Source: Candidatus Xenobia bacterium
Lineage (GTDB): Bacteria > Vulcanimicrobiota > Xenobia > Xenobiales > QWHO01
Direction of reading: 5' to 3'
DNA: 64,000 nt
Assembly (NCBI GenBank): GCA_045863235.1
Contig: BTUM01000002.1
Location: 96,001-160,000 of the forward strand
The translations under genes were made by a program, and so were the position numbers. Positions within the stretch are counted from its first letter, which is position 1. Every line of letters begins with the position of its first letter. Below the pieces are notes generated by a model. The model ran no database searches, had not been told where the DNA came from, and saw only the letters and a list, made by a program, of their open reading frames with translations. This document shows, piece after piece, positions 16,985-26,161 of this stretch.

Positions 16985-18145
16985 ATGTCGCGGTCTTTGA
17001 CCATTGCGGTGGACGCAACGCAGCTACCGCGGGTCCGTCGAGGGGCGGGACGGTTTACGCGCAATCTGCTCGAGGTTTGGAAACGGAAGAGCGGGGTGCT
17101 GTCGCATCGCGTTGTTCTGGTGGCCCGCGAGCGCCACCAGCTCGCTCCCCTGCAAGACGAGCTGGGGTGGGATTTCGAGTGCACCTGGGCCGGCGCTGGC
17201 TCGCGCTTCGACGTGGCACTCTTCCCCTTCGCTCGGGTCGACTGGGATCCTGAATGCCCCCGGGTGGTCTGGATCCACGATACCGCCTGCTTCGGCCCGC
17301 TGGCTTCCGCCAAGCCGGACGCCGAGCGCGAGCGAATGCGCATGGCGGCACAGGTGGCCGACCGGGTGGTGGTTCCCTCGGAGTTTTCTCGACGTGAGCT
17401 GGTGAGCGCTCTGGAGCTCCCCCTGGGCAAGGCCGAGGTGCTGGCCCCGGGAGTCGATCCCATCTTCACCCCTCCCGGCCACGATCCGCGCTTGCGCAGC
17501 GAATTCCTGGAAGAGAGCACGGGGGGCATTCCCTATATCCTGTTCGTGGGCTCGACCGAGCCTCGCAAGAATCTTTGCGGTTTGCTGGACGCCTTCACCT
17601 GGCTCTCGGGCCAGATTCCCCATCGCCTGGTGCTGGTTTGCCGCCGCCCCCGTTTAAGCCTCACTCAGCGCTTGATCGGACGGGCCTGTCCGGTGATCGA
17701 CCGAGTTCGAGCGCTGGGCAATCGGGTCGTCTTTCTGGAGGAGGTTGAGCCCGAGCGGCTGGTGCGGCTCTACCAATACTGCGATCTGTTCGTGATGCCC
17801 TCGCTGCACGAGAGCTTCGGCCTCCCGCTGCTCGAGGCCATGGCTTGCGCCGCCCCCTGCTGCGCCGCCCGGACCAGCGCTTTGAGCGAAGTTGGCGGGA
17901 CCGCGGTGCGCTGGTTCAATGCCGAAGAGCCGGTCGAGATGGCTCAGGGAATCCTGGAAGGCCTGGGCCAGGCTGAAACGCTGCGCGAGCTGGGCCCGAC
18001 TCAAGCGGCCCAGTTCGACTGGGAGCGAGCGGCCCACCGCATGCTCAAGCTCTTGGAGCGCGAGTGCGCTCCTGCGAGCAACGGCCAGGCAGCGCCCAAG
18101 ACCAACGGCTCAGCCTTTTCCCGGCGCCTCTCGACGGCGGGCTGA
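16985..18145 (+). CDS. Glycosyltransferase family 4
   Basis: ILFVGSTEPRKN and FVMPSLHESFGLPLLEAMAC. Confidence 0.9.
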   Translation: MSRSLTIAVDATQLPRVRRGAGRFTRNLLEVWKRKSGVLSHRVVLVARERHQLAPLQDELGWDFECTWAGAGSRFDVALFPFARVDWDPECPRVVWIHDTACFGPLASAKPDAERERMRMAAQVADRVVVPSEFSRRELVSALELPLGKAEVLAPGVDPIFTPPGHDPRLRSEFLEESTGGIPYILFVGSTEPRKNLCGLLDAFTWLSGQIPHRLVLVCRRPRLSLTQRLIGRACPVIDRVRALGNRVVFLEEVEPERLVRLYQYCDLFVMPSLHESFGLPLLEAMACAAPCCAARTSALSEVGGTAVRWFNAEEPVEMAQGILEGLGQAETLRELGPTQAAQFDWERAAHRMLKLLERECAPASNGQAAPKTNGSAFSRRLSTAG

Positions 18146-18148
18146 GAC

Positions 18149-18583
18149 TCAGTCGGCCGCCCGCCGACCTCCCCAGCGATTGCGAATCTCATCGTCGTAG
18201 CGATCAGCCAGACTGGAGATCGAGCGGACGGTGGCCTCCAACTCCGGCTTGTCGCAAGTCGAGCCCACGATCGAGTGGAGAAAGAAGATCTCGTTGTCCG
18301 ACTCGATGCCGAAGGCCCCGAAGCGGATCACCGAGTTCTGGCGAAGTAGATACTGCAGCAATTCGGGGCTCAAAGTCACCCCGTGAATGACCCGGGCCCG
18401 GGCGCAGACCACCGATTCGTCTTCCTTCCAGGGAAACACGCCCACTTCGGTCACGGCCGACCCCACTCGGACGTCGAAGACCGGCTCGCCGGCACGAGCG
18501 ACGGCCGCTTCGCCGAACAGCTCGTTGATCCAGGGAGTGATCTTGGCAAAACAAGCCTCTTGGGCTGGGGTGGTAAACAGCAT
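18149..18583 (-). CDS. YbjN / T3SS-chaperone-like protein
   Basis: LLRQN..IRFGAFGI...HSIVG...ADRYDDEI..RWGG fits YbjN/CesT-like chaperones. Confidence 0.7.
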   Translation of the reverse strand: MLFTTPAQEACFAKITPWINELFGEAAVARAGEPVFDVRVGSAVTEVGVFPWKEDESVVCARARVIHGVTLSPELLQYLLRQNSVIRFGAFGIESDNEIFFLHSIVGSTCDKPELEATVRSISSLADRYDDEIRNRWGGRRAAD

Positions 18584-18645
18584 GAGGGCTCGTTTCCTCC
18601 TCTCGCAGGCTCGCTCCTCTTTGTCGTCGAAGCCGAGGGCCCGCG

Positions 18646-20412
18646 ATGACACGTCGTTTCTGGGCCATCTGGGCGGTCATGCTGGGGACCATGACCCTGG
18701 CGCTGGTTGCCGCCATGCCTTATCACCAGTTTGGTGGGTTCAACGACGATGCCTGCTACCTGATCGGCACCGAGCGACTGCTGGAGAGCGGCCGTTTGCT
18801 GGCCACCCGCGAGCAAGATGGTGGCTCGGCTCAGTATTTTCCGGGCTTCTCCATCATGCTCATTCCAGCCTACCTGCTGGGCGGAGGCTCCCCCGTCGCC
18901 CTGCAAGCCTTCTGCCTGTTGCTGACCCTGATCGGAGCCACGCTGGTGGTGCTGCTGGCTTTTCCCCGCCTGGGTCCGCTCGCAAGCACGCTCCTGGGCT
19001 TGACCTACGCCCTCACTCCGGCCGGACTGACCTTCGGCACCAGCGTGATGTCCGACATCCCTTTCAGTTGCCTGTTCCTGGCCGCTCTGGTGTGGGGTCG
19101 TCACGAATTCGACCTCAAACGCGACTGCCGCTGGCACTGGATCGGTCTGTTCGTCAGCTTTCTCTACCTGGTCCGCCTGCCCGGAGTCATGCTGGTACCG
19201 GCCTTCACTCTGTCCCTGGCCTTGCAGCGTCGCTGGAAGGCCATCGGACTCTTTGTGCTGGGGAGCCTGGCGGCGGCCCCCTATACCTTCTTCTCGATCC
19301 TGCTCTCGACCGGTTCGGGGAACTACACCAATCAGGCGGGAAGCTTTTACAAGACGGCCACAGTGGTGGACCAGTTCTTCACCTTCTGGGCTCAACTTCC
19401 GAGCTTTCTCGGGAGCGAGTTCTTGGGCCTGGGACAACCGGGCGCCTGGCTGGCCATCGCGGTGCTCCTGGGCGCCATCCCCACCCTCTGGCGCACCCGC
19501 AGCGAGCCCGTCACTTTAGGATTTCTCGGCTATCTCGCCTTTCACAACCTGTGGCCCTTCGTCTATGGCCGTTACTGGTTACCCGGCTGGCCGCTGGTGC
19601 TCTACTTCGCCCTTCAGAACCTGCCCCGGCGAGCTGCCAGCGTGGTCCTGGCCTGTCTGCTGACTCTTGCCCTGCCGCGCGACCTCGAGCTGGTGCGGCT
19701 CGGACAGTTGGCCGAGCAGCAATGGCAGGTTCGCCGTCAAGCCTATCGATGGATTCGCGACAATACTCCGCAAGACACGCTGATCTCAGCCATGATGACT
19801 TGCTGCCTGGAGTACTACACCGGCCGCAAGGTGGCTCAGGCCGGCTCGACCCGCTCCTGGAGCAGCTACCTCTTTGCCGCCGTGGCTCCCCGGGCCGACC
19901 TGATGGTGCTCGAGCCCGACGACGGCGTGGCCACCATCTTCGGACGAAAGCACGACGACATCCCTCCCCACGTGGAGCGCTGGGCCGATCACAGCAGCCT
20001 GGTCGAGAGCGTGCATCGCTCTCCCCTGGTGCTTGTCTACCGCATCAAGCCCGCCGCCATCGGCCTGGAGCTGGCTACGCCGCTCTTTCTGGCCCACTTC
20101 AGCCAGAGTGATCCCGCCCGTCAGGAGAAGCTTCTCGTTCAAGCCCTGCGGCACTGTCCCGATTACCCGGACGCCATCAATGCCCTGGCCGTTCTGTGGC
20201 TGAAGAGGGGAGATCCTCGCGCCATCCCGCTGCTCGAGCGCGAGGTGGCTCAGTATCCGTTCGACCTGGCGGCCGCTCACAACCTGGGACTGGCTCTCAA
20301 GAAGCTGGGCCAGACCGCTCGAGCGCGTGAGGTATTGGAACGAGCGATCCAGGAGGCTCGAGCCCTGGGCGAGCCGACGGCCCCGCTGGAGGCACTTGTG
20401 CAGGGTCTGTGA
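18646..20412 (+). CDS. Multi-TM GT-C-like (ArnT/PMT-type) glycosyltransferase with C-terminal TPR
   Basis: Acidic NDD motif after TM1, YFPG, VMSDIPF, many TM segments, TPR tail (AHNLGLAL). Confidence 0.65.
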   Translation: MTRRFWAIWAVMLGTMTLALVAAMPYHQFGGFNDDACYLIGTERLLESGRLLATREQDGGSAQYFPGFSIMLIPAYLLGGGSPVALQAFCLLLTLIGATLVVLLAFPRLGPLASTLLGLTYALTPAGLTFGTSVMSDIPFSCLFLAALVWGRHEFDLKRDCRWHWIGLFVSFLYLVRLPGVMLVPAFTLSLALQRRWKAIGLFVLGSLAAAPYTFFSILLSTGSGNYTNQAGSFYKTATVVDQFFTFWAQLPSFLGSEFLGLGQPGAWLAIAVLLGAIPTLWRTRSEPVTLGFLGYLAFHNLWPFVYGRYWLPGWPLVLYFALQNLPRRAASVVLACLLTLALPRDLELVRLGQLAEQQWQVRRQAYRWIRDNTPQDTLISAMMTCCLEYYTGRKVAQAGSTRSWSSYLFAAVAPRADLMVLEPDDGVATIFGRKHDDIPPHVERWADHSSLVESVHRSPLVLVYRIKPAAIGLELATPLFLAHFSQSDPARQEKLLVQALRHCPDYPDAINALAVLWLKRGDPRAIPLLEREVAQYPFDLAAAHNLGLALKKLGQTARAREVLERAIQEARALGEPTAPLEALVQGL

Positions 20413-20484
20413 CCGACCGCGGGGAACAGTGCGAGCTTGCGAGCGTCGCCCACCTGGCAAGCGCGCTTGAAGAAGAGGAACCTC

Positions 20485-22233
20485 ATGAACAGAAGCCTTC
20501 CGCTCGACCAGCTCACCACTTTGATCACCGCCGCCCGGGGCGATGTCACCATCGACCTTCTGCTGACCAACGCCAGGGTGGTGAACGTATTCACCGGAGA
20601 GGTCCAGAACAGCTCGGTGGCAGTCCATCAGGGCTTCGTCGTCGGCCTTGGGGACTACCCCGCTCTCCAGACCGAGGACCTGCAAGGCAGCTACGTGGCC
20701 CCTGGTTTCCTGGACGCGCACATGCACCTCGAGTCGAGCATGGTGAGCCCGGCCGAGTTTGCCCGAGCGGTGGTGCCGCTGGGCACCACCGGTGTGTTCG
20801 CGGACCCTCACGAGATCGCCAATGTTTGTGGGCTGGCTGGAATCGACTACATCCTCGGCTTCAACGGCAAAATCCCGCTGGACATCTATGTCAACCTCAG
20901 CTCCTGCGTGCCCGCCACCAACCTCGAGCACTCGGGAGCCAGCCTGTCGGCTGAAGACCTGGCCACCCGATTCGAGCGGCCGGGCGTCTGCGGACTGGCC
21001 GAAGTGATGAACTTTCCCGGGGTCTTTCTGGCTGACCCCGAAGTGCTCAAGAAAATTCTGGCTGCTGGCGAGCGGCCCATCGACGGCCACTGCCCCGGTC
21101 TGAGCGGCAAGCTCCTGTCGGCCTATGTGGTCGCCGGCATCGGCTCCGACCACGAATGCACCACTTACGAGGAGGCTCTCGAGAAGCTGCGAGCCGGCCT
21201 CTCGATCATGATTCGCGAGGGCAGCGTGGCCCGTAACCTCGATGCCCTGAGCGCCCTGATCACTCCCGACCGCCTCAGCCGCCTGATGCTTTGCACCGAC
21301 GACCGCGAGCCCATCGATCTGGTCGAGCAAGGACATATCAACTATCTGATCCGCCGAGCGGCCGGGCGGGGTTTCGACCCCATCACCTCCATTCGGCTGG
21401 CCACCATCAACGTGGCCAACTACTTCGGCTTGAAACGCCGGGGGGCGGTGGCACCGGGCTATCTGGCCGATCTGGTGGTGCTGGAGGATCTCTTCTCCAT
21501 GAAGCCATCGCGCGTCTACAAGGCGGGCAAGCTGGTTGCCCGCGACGGCGAGGCTCTCTTCGAGGCCGCTCACGTAGACGACAGCCAGGTCGTGGGCACC
21601 ATGCGGATGGCCCCGCTCAGCGATGACTCTTTGAAGATCCCGGCTCGGGGCACAAGGGCGCGGGTCATCGAGCTGGTGCCGCGCCAGATCGTCACACGCC
21701 AGGCGGTGGAAGAGGTGCGCCAGGAGGACGGCCAGGTGGTGGCCGATCCCAAGCGCGACATCCTCAAGCTGGCCGTGATCGAACGTCACAAAGCCAGCGG
21801 GCAGATCGGACTGGGGCTGGCCCGAGGCTTCGGGCTCAAGCGGGGAGCGCTGGCGTCGACCGTGGCTCACGACTCCCACAATCTGGTCGTTGTGGGCGCC
21901 AACGACGCCGACATGAAGCTGGCCGCGGAGGAAGTTCAGCGCATCGGAGGGGGCCTGGCGGCCGTGGGTGACGGGGAGGTTCTGGCCAGTCTGCCGTTGC
22001 CGATCGCGGGGCTGATGTCCGACCGTCCCCTGGCCGAGGTGAAGACGCAGTTGGAAGCGATGTATGCGGCCGCGAAGAAACTTGGAGGAACGGCCGAGCA
22101 CCCCTTCATGTCCCTGGCCTTCCTGGCCCTGCCCGTGATTCCGTCACTCAAACTGACCGACATGGGGCTGGTGGACGTAGACGCCTTCCAACTTGTGGAT
22201 CTGTTCGAGGACCAGCCAGTAGCAGCTGGCTGA
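20485..22233 (+). CDS. ade: Adenine deaminase
   Basis: PGFLDAHMHLESS, DPHEIANV, LAEVMN, DGHCP, SDHE, CTDD, AHDSHN. Confidence 0.95.
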   Translation: MNRSLPLDQLTTLITAARGDVTIDLLLTNARVVNVFTGEVQNSSVAVHQGFVVGLGDYPALQTEDLQGSYVAPGFLDAHMHLESSMVSPAEFARAVVPLGTTGVFADPHEIANVCGLAGIDYILGFNGKIPLDIYVNLSSCVPATNLEHSGASLSAEDLATRFERPGVCGLAEVMNFPGVFLADPEVLKKILAAGERPIDGHCPGLSGKLLSAYVVAGIGSDHECTTYEEALEKLRAGLSIMIREGSVARNLDALSALITPDRLSRLMLCTDDREPIDLVEQGHINYLIRRAAGRGFDPITSIRLATINVANYFGLKRRGAVAPGYLADLVVLEDLFSMKPSRVYKAGKLVARDGEALFEAAHVDDSQVVGTMRMAPLSDDSLKIPARGTRARVIELVPRQIVTRQAVEEVRQEDGQVVADPKRDILKLAVIERHKASGQIGLGLARGFGLKRGALASTVAHDSHNLVVVGANDADMKLAAEEVQRIGGGLAAVGDGEVLASLPLPIAGLMSDRPLAEVKTQLEAMYAAAKKLGGTAEHPFMSLAFLALPVIPSLKLTDMGLVDVDAFQLVDLFEDQPVAAG

Positions 22234-22333
22234 TAGATGCCAATCACGCAGCACGACCCCTGGCCTTCCAGTCTGATTGACAATACAGAAATTAATTACC
22301 GATGATTTATCACGGAGCGGGATTGTTGTTCGA

Positions 22334-22362
22334 TTGACTCCAGGCCGCATGTTTGCTATACT
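22334..22362 (+). promoter_or_regulatory. Sigma70-type promoter (extended -10)
   Basis: TTGACT-17 bp-TATACT with TG upstream of the -10, in an AT-rich patch. A second TTGACA lies at 22277-22282. Confidence 0.75.
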
Positions 22363-22367
22363 CTAGA

Positions 22368-22535
22368 TGGTTGATGTTCACTTCTTCCTAGATTGATCAG
22401 GGCTCGTGGAGTCCGGAAGTGTTATTGTCCCCGAGGGGACAGAAGAGCTTCGCTAAGACCGAATTGATCGGGACAGTGTGGGAAGAACGGGAACGTGACG
22501 CCAGGGCCGGCCATGACGCCGGCCTCTCTCATTTT
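22368..22535 (+). ncRNA. Candidate rod-shaped small RNA (6S-like or unknown)
   Basis: Nested end-to-end pairing (ATGTTC/GAACGT, TTCTTCC/GGAAGAA, TTGATCAG/TTGATCGG, GAAG/CTTC, TGTCCC/GGGACA) between a promoter and a terminator. Confidence 0.55.
22504..22535 (+). terminator. Probable intrinsic terminator of the candidate sRNA
   Basis: GGCCGGC-catgac-GCCGGCC followed by TCTCTCATTTT. Confidence 0.55.
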
Positions 22536-22584
22536 ACGGGGTCCCCACCAGGGCTGACTCCAGCCTGGTGCGAAGCAGAAGGAC

Positions 22585-23151
22585 ATGAGATGTTTGCTCC
22601 TGAGTGCTTTGTTGATTGGCGCGGCCTGGGCCGCTGATGGAGAGGTGGTGCAGACCCTCAAGGTCGACCTGAACGGTGACGGCAAGTCCGAGTCGATCGT
22701 GCTCAAACGGCTCGGCGAGCAATCCCGACTGGTGGTGCTCGACAGCCAGGGCCGAACCCTCTGGGAGGCTCCGCGCAGCGAGTTGTTCTTGTTCGGCGGT
22801 CCCCTGGACGGGGGCGATTTGCAGGCTGCCGGCGACCTGGACGGGGACAAACGGATCGACCTGGTGGGCACTTACCAGAAGAGCGACGTCAGCCCCACCC
22901 GTTTTCGCTGGTTCCGCTGGACGGGCTCCGAGCTCGAGCTGGTGAGCCAGGGCTATCTCTGCCCACTGAACCAGCGGCCGGGCACGTTCAAGCTTTCCGA
23001 GAGCCAGGGATCGCCCTATTGGGTTGAGCGGGTGCTGGCCATCGAGCCAGGTCGCATGAAGGTCGAGCTGTTCGACTCGGTCACCGATGAGCGCAACCAG
23101 ACCGTCTGGCTGCGCACCGATCGCAACGGTGAGTTTGTCATTACCCAGTGA
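22585..23151 (+). CDS. Secreted protein with FG-GAP/VCBS-like DxDGDG motifs
   Basis: Signal peptide, DLNGDGKSE and GDLDGDKRID. Confidence 0.7.
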   Translation: MRCLLLSALLIGAAWAADGEVVQTLKVDLNGDGKSESIVLKRLGEQSRLVVLDSQGRTLWEAPRSELFLFGGPLDGGDLQAAGDLDGDKRIDLVGTYQKSDVSPTRFRWFRWTGSELELVSQGYLCPLNQRPGTFKLSESQGSPYWVERVLAIEPGRMKVELFDSVTDERNQTVWLRTDRNGEFVITQ

Positions 23152-23152
23152 T

Positions 23153-24355
23153 TCAGGGAAGGTAGACTTCCAGGCCGGTCACGGTCACGACCGGCAGGCG
23201 AAACTGTGGATCCACGTGGCGCGTCAGCTCGAAGCGCAGACCGCCCACGTCGGCCATCCCCACCGAGACCTCGGTCCCGTCCTCGCGCAGGCTGGGTGGG
23301 CCATACTTCCCCCTGGCCCGAGGGTACACTTCCTGGACCTCCTGGAGCAGGCTGCCAACGCCCAGCGCCCCTTCCTGCAAGCGGTAAAACTCCGAGTGAG
23401 TGGTGGCGCTCACAATCTGGCGCGAAACCGGATCGATACCAATGTGCACGTCGTAGAGATCTTTGATCCGCACCACCTCGACCTCGGTCCCCTGATAGCT
23501 GGGGAACGGCTCGGGCCAGAACTGGGCGAAGAGACGGCCGGCCGGGGTGCCCATGACCACTCCACCCAGCGCGACCCCGGGGATGACTACCCCGTTCATC
23601 TGCACCATCCGTCGGGGATTGGCATTCTCCATTCGCTCGCGGAGGGCACGCTGCGCTTCCAGCTCGCGCTGCTCGGTATCCAGCGAGGTCAGCCAGCGGC
23701 GGGCATCGGGGGGATACTCCAGGCTGGGAGCCAGATCGAGCGCTCTCGACAGGAGAGCGTGGGCCCGCGAGCCCGGGTGCCGTTCGGGCTCGCGCAAGTG
23801 CAGCAAAACCAGGGCCAGGTGGACGGCCGCCTGGGTATCCTCGGGATTGCGCAGAACGTACGACTCCATGCGCTGGATGCCCGCCTCAGGATTGCTCGGA
23901 TCAATGCTGCGCAGGGCCGCCTCGCGACTCTCCATAGGAAGCAGTACCGAAAGTCTCTTGACCAGCACGTAGCGACCGTCGCGGTCCTCCACCAGCGACC
24001 CACCCATCCCGACTCCGGCCGGGCCCAACTGGTCACGCAGGGTCACCGGGGCCAACAGGGGGTCAAACATGACCTCCAGATCGAGCGGCTGGCCGCCCGG
24101 GGCCCGGGTCACGTCCAGGATCAGGTAGTAGCGACCGCGCCTGACCTCCCCCCGAGCCCGGGCCACCGACAGGCCATCCTCGGGAGTGGACAAGATGGCC
24201 TCGATCGGAGCTCCTTCGGGCAGATTGGAGCGACCCTCGACGGTCAGGGTGCGATTGGCATCGTTGGTCAACTGGACGGAAAGATCATAACGGTGAACCG
24301 GGGTAATGGTGCACCCGGTCAACAGCCACAACAGAAGTATCCAGCGTCTGGCCAC
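23153..24355 (-). CDS. Hypothetical lipoprotein
   Basis: Lipobox-like LLTGC after a hydrophobic stretch; lies directly downstream of rpe. Confidence 0.6.
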   Translation of the reverse strand: MARRWILLLWLLTGCTITPVHRYDLSVQLTNDANRTLTVEGRSNLPEGAPIEAILSTPEDGLSVARARGEVRRGRYYLILDVTRAPGGQPLDLEVMFDPLLAPVTLRDQLGPAGVGMGGSLVEDRDGRYVLVKRLSVLLPMESREAALRSIDPSNPEAGIQRMESYVLRNPEDTQAAVHLALVLLHLREPERHPGSRAHALLSRALDLAPSLEYPPDARRWLTSLDTEQRELEAQRALRERMENANPRRMVQMNGVVIPGVALGGVVMGTPAGRLFAQFWPEPFPSYQGTEVEVVRIKDLYDVHIGIDPVSRQIVSATTHSEFYRLQEGALGVGSLLQEVQEVYPRARGKYGPPSLREDGTEVSVGMADVGGLRFELTRHVDPQFRLPVVTVTGLEVYLP

Positions 24356-24392
24356 TAATAGGTAGTTTCCGTGAGGGCGGGGTGAGCCCCTC

Positions 24393-25037
24393 TCAGCCCC
24401 GCAGGTCGGCAATCGCGCGGGCGTAATCGCTCTGGCCGAAGATGGCGGTGGCGGCGATCAGGACATTGGCGCCGGCTTCGCGGCAGGCCGGCGCGGTCTG
24501 GGGCGCAACCCCACCGTCCACTCCGATGTCGATGGGGCGACCGGCCACCAGCTCGCGCACGCGACGCACCTTGGCCATGACCGCCGGCAGGAACCGCTGG
24601 CCCGAGAAGCCCGGGTTGACGGTCATCAGCAACACGTGATCAAGGTCATCCAGCACGTACTCCAGGAAGTCGACCGGAGTGGCCGGATTGACCGCCACGC
24701 CCGCTCGCATGCCGGCTTCTCGAATCTGGGCCAGCACCCGCTGCAGGTGGATACAGGCCTCGACGTGCACCGTCAGAAGCTGGGCTCCAGCCTGGGCAAA
24801 GGGCTCCACGAAACGACCAGGGTCAGCCACCATGGCGTGCACGTCGAAGGGTTTGTCGGTCACCGGCCGCAGGGCCTTGACCAGAACGGCACCAAAGGTC
24901 AGGTTGGGCACGAAGGCGCCGTCCATCACGTCGAGATGGATCACGTCCGCCCCGGCCGCGTCCACGGCCTGAACCTCCTCGCCCATGCGGGCAAAGTCGG
25001 CTGACAGGATGGAGGCTGATACTTGCAGCGGCCTCAA
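24393..25037 (-). CDS. rpe: Ribulose-phosphate 3-epimerase
   Basis: SILSADF, HLDVMDGAFVPN, MTVNPGFSGQ, VDGG. Confidence 0.95.
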   Translation of the reverse strand: MRPLQVSASILSADFARMGEEVQAVDAAGADVIHLDVMDGAFVPNLTFGAVLVKALRPVTDKPFDVHAMVADPGRFVEPFAQAGAQLLTVHVEACIHLQRVLAQIREAGMRAGVAVNPATPVDFLEYVLDDLDHVLLMTVNPGFSGQRFLPAVMAKVRRVRELVAGRPIDIGVDGGVAPQTAPACREAGANVLIAATAIFGQSDYARAIADLRG

Positions 25038-26080
25038 AGCTTCTCGCGCTTGGTCAGCTTGTCGTTGATGTAGACCTCGACCTCCGAGCCTGGCAGCCCG
25101 GAAACCAGCAGCTTCATGGTATCTCCCGAGGCCTGGCGCCCATCAAAGACCGTGTCGGTGCCCACCCCGTTGTTCAAGAGCACGCTGACGCGCTGAGCGT
25201 CGGCCCCGGTGGGCACATCGATGGCCAGCTGCCGGGAGCGATAGGCACGACCCTCGGGCGGGCCGGCGCTCACCTCGAATTCGACCGGAGTGCGAGCCGA
25301 TACTTTGCTGCCGGGTGGAGGCCCCTGCTCGATCACCTCGCCCCTGGCCGCGACCTGGTGAAACTTCCAGGTGATCCCGCCCATCTGCAGGTCAGCCTTG
25401 GACAGGGCCGTGCTCACCGTGTAGATGGGCTTGCCTTTCAGGTTGGGCACCGGGGTCATGGCTTCGGGACCACCGCCCTTTTGCATCTTGACGTCCACCG
25501 TGGTGCCCTTCTTCACCTTCTTGCCGGGAGCGGGCTCTTGCTTGAGGACCTCCTCGGGCTTCTCCGGGTCGGGCTTGCTCCAGGTGACCTTCCCCAGCTT
25601 CAGGGCGTTGTTGGCCAGCTCGATCTCGACCTCGCGCAGCGACTTGCCCACCAGGTCAGGGACCTCCATCAGCTCCGGACCGAGGCTCACGACCACGAGA
25701 ATCTCGTTGCCCTCGCGCACCTTGCGCTTGGGAGCCGGGTTCTGGGAGATGATCTCTTTCTCGGGCTTGCCTGTGTAGCGCGACTCGTGAACCTGCAAGC
25801 GCAGCCCGATCTTGGCCAGCATTTCGTTGGCCTCCTCGACGGTCTTGCCGGTAATGACCGGCACTTCGACCTCCTCGGGGAGCTTGAAGTAGCTCTCGTA
25901 GATGGTCCAGCCGTAGATGAGCGAAAAGACCAGCGTGATGCCTACAGCCAGCACCAGGGCTATGGTCTTTAACGTTCCCACGGCAAACTCGGCCGGGGTT
26001 TCTTTCTCGAAAGGGATGCGTGGATCGAGCAACGGCCCCTGCTCGGCACCCCCCGAGGGCTGTTTCGGCTCGCTAGCCAA
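25034..26080 (-). CDS. Membrane-anchored PASTA-domain protein (3 PASTA)
   Basis: Single TM followed by VPVITGK, VPDLVGK and VPNLKGK PASTA starts. Confidence 0.85.
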   Translation of the reverse strand: MASEPKQPSGGAEQGPLLDPRIPFEKETPAEFAVGTLKTIALVLAVGITLVFSLIYGWTIYESYFKLPEEVEVPVITGKTVEEANEMLAKIGLRLQVHESRYTGKPEKEIISQNPAPKRKVREGNEILVVVSLGPELMEVPDLVGKSLREVEIELANNALKLGKVTWSKPDPEKPEEVLKQEPAPGKKVKKGTTVDVKMQKGGGPEAMTPVPNLKGKPIYTVSTALSKADLQMGGITWKFHQVAARGEVIEQGPPPGSKVSARTPVEFEVSAGPPEGRAYRSRQLAIDVPTGADAQRVSVLLNNGVGTDTVFDGRQASGDTMKLLVSGLPGSEVEVYINDKLTKREKL

Positions 26081-26161
26081 GATCAATCCTCCGGTTCAGG
26101 CAACTGTGAATGGACATTCTCCCTGTTGATGCGGTCTCCTGGCAGGAGCTTTGAATTTCTT

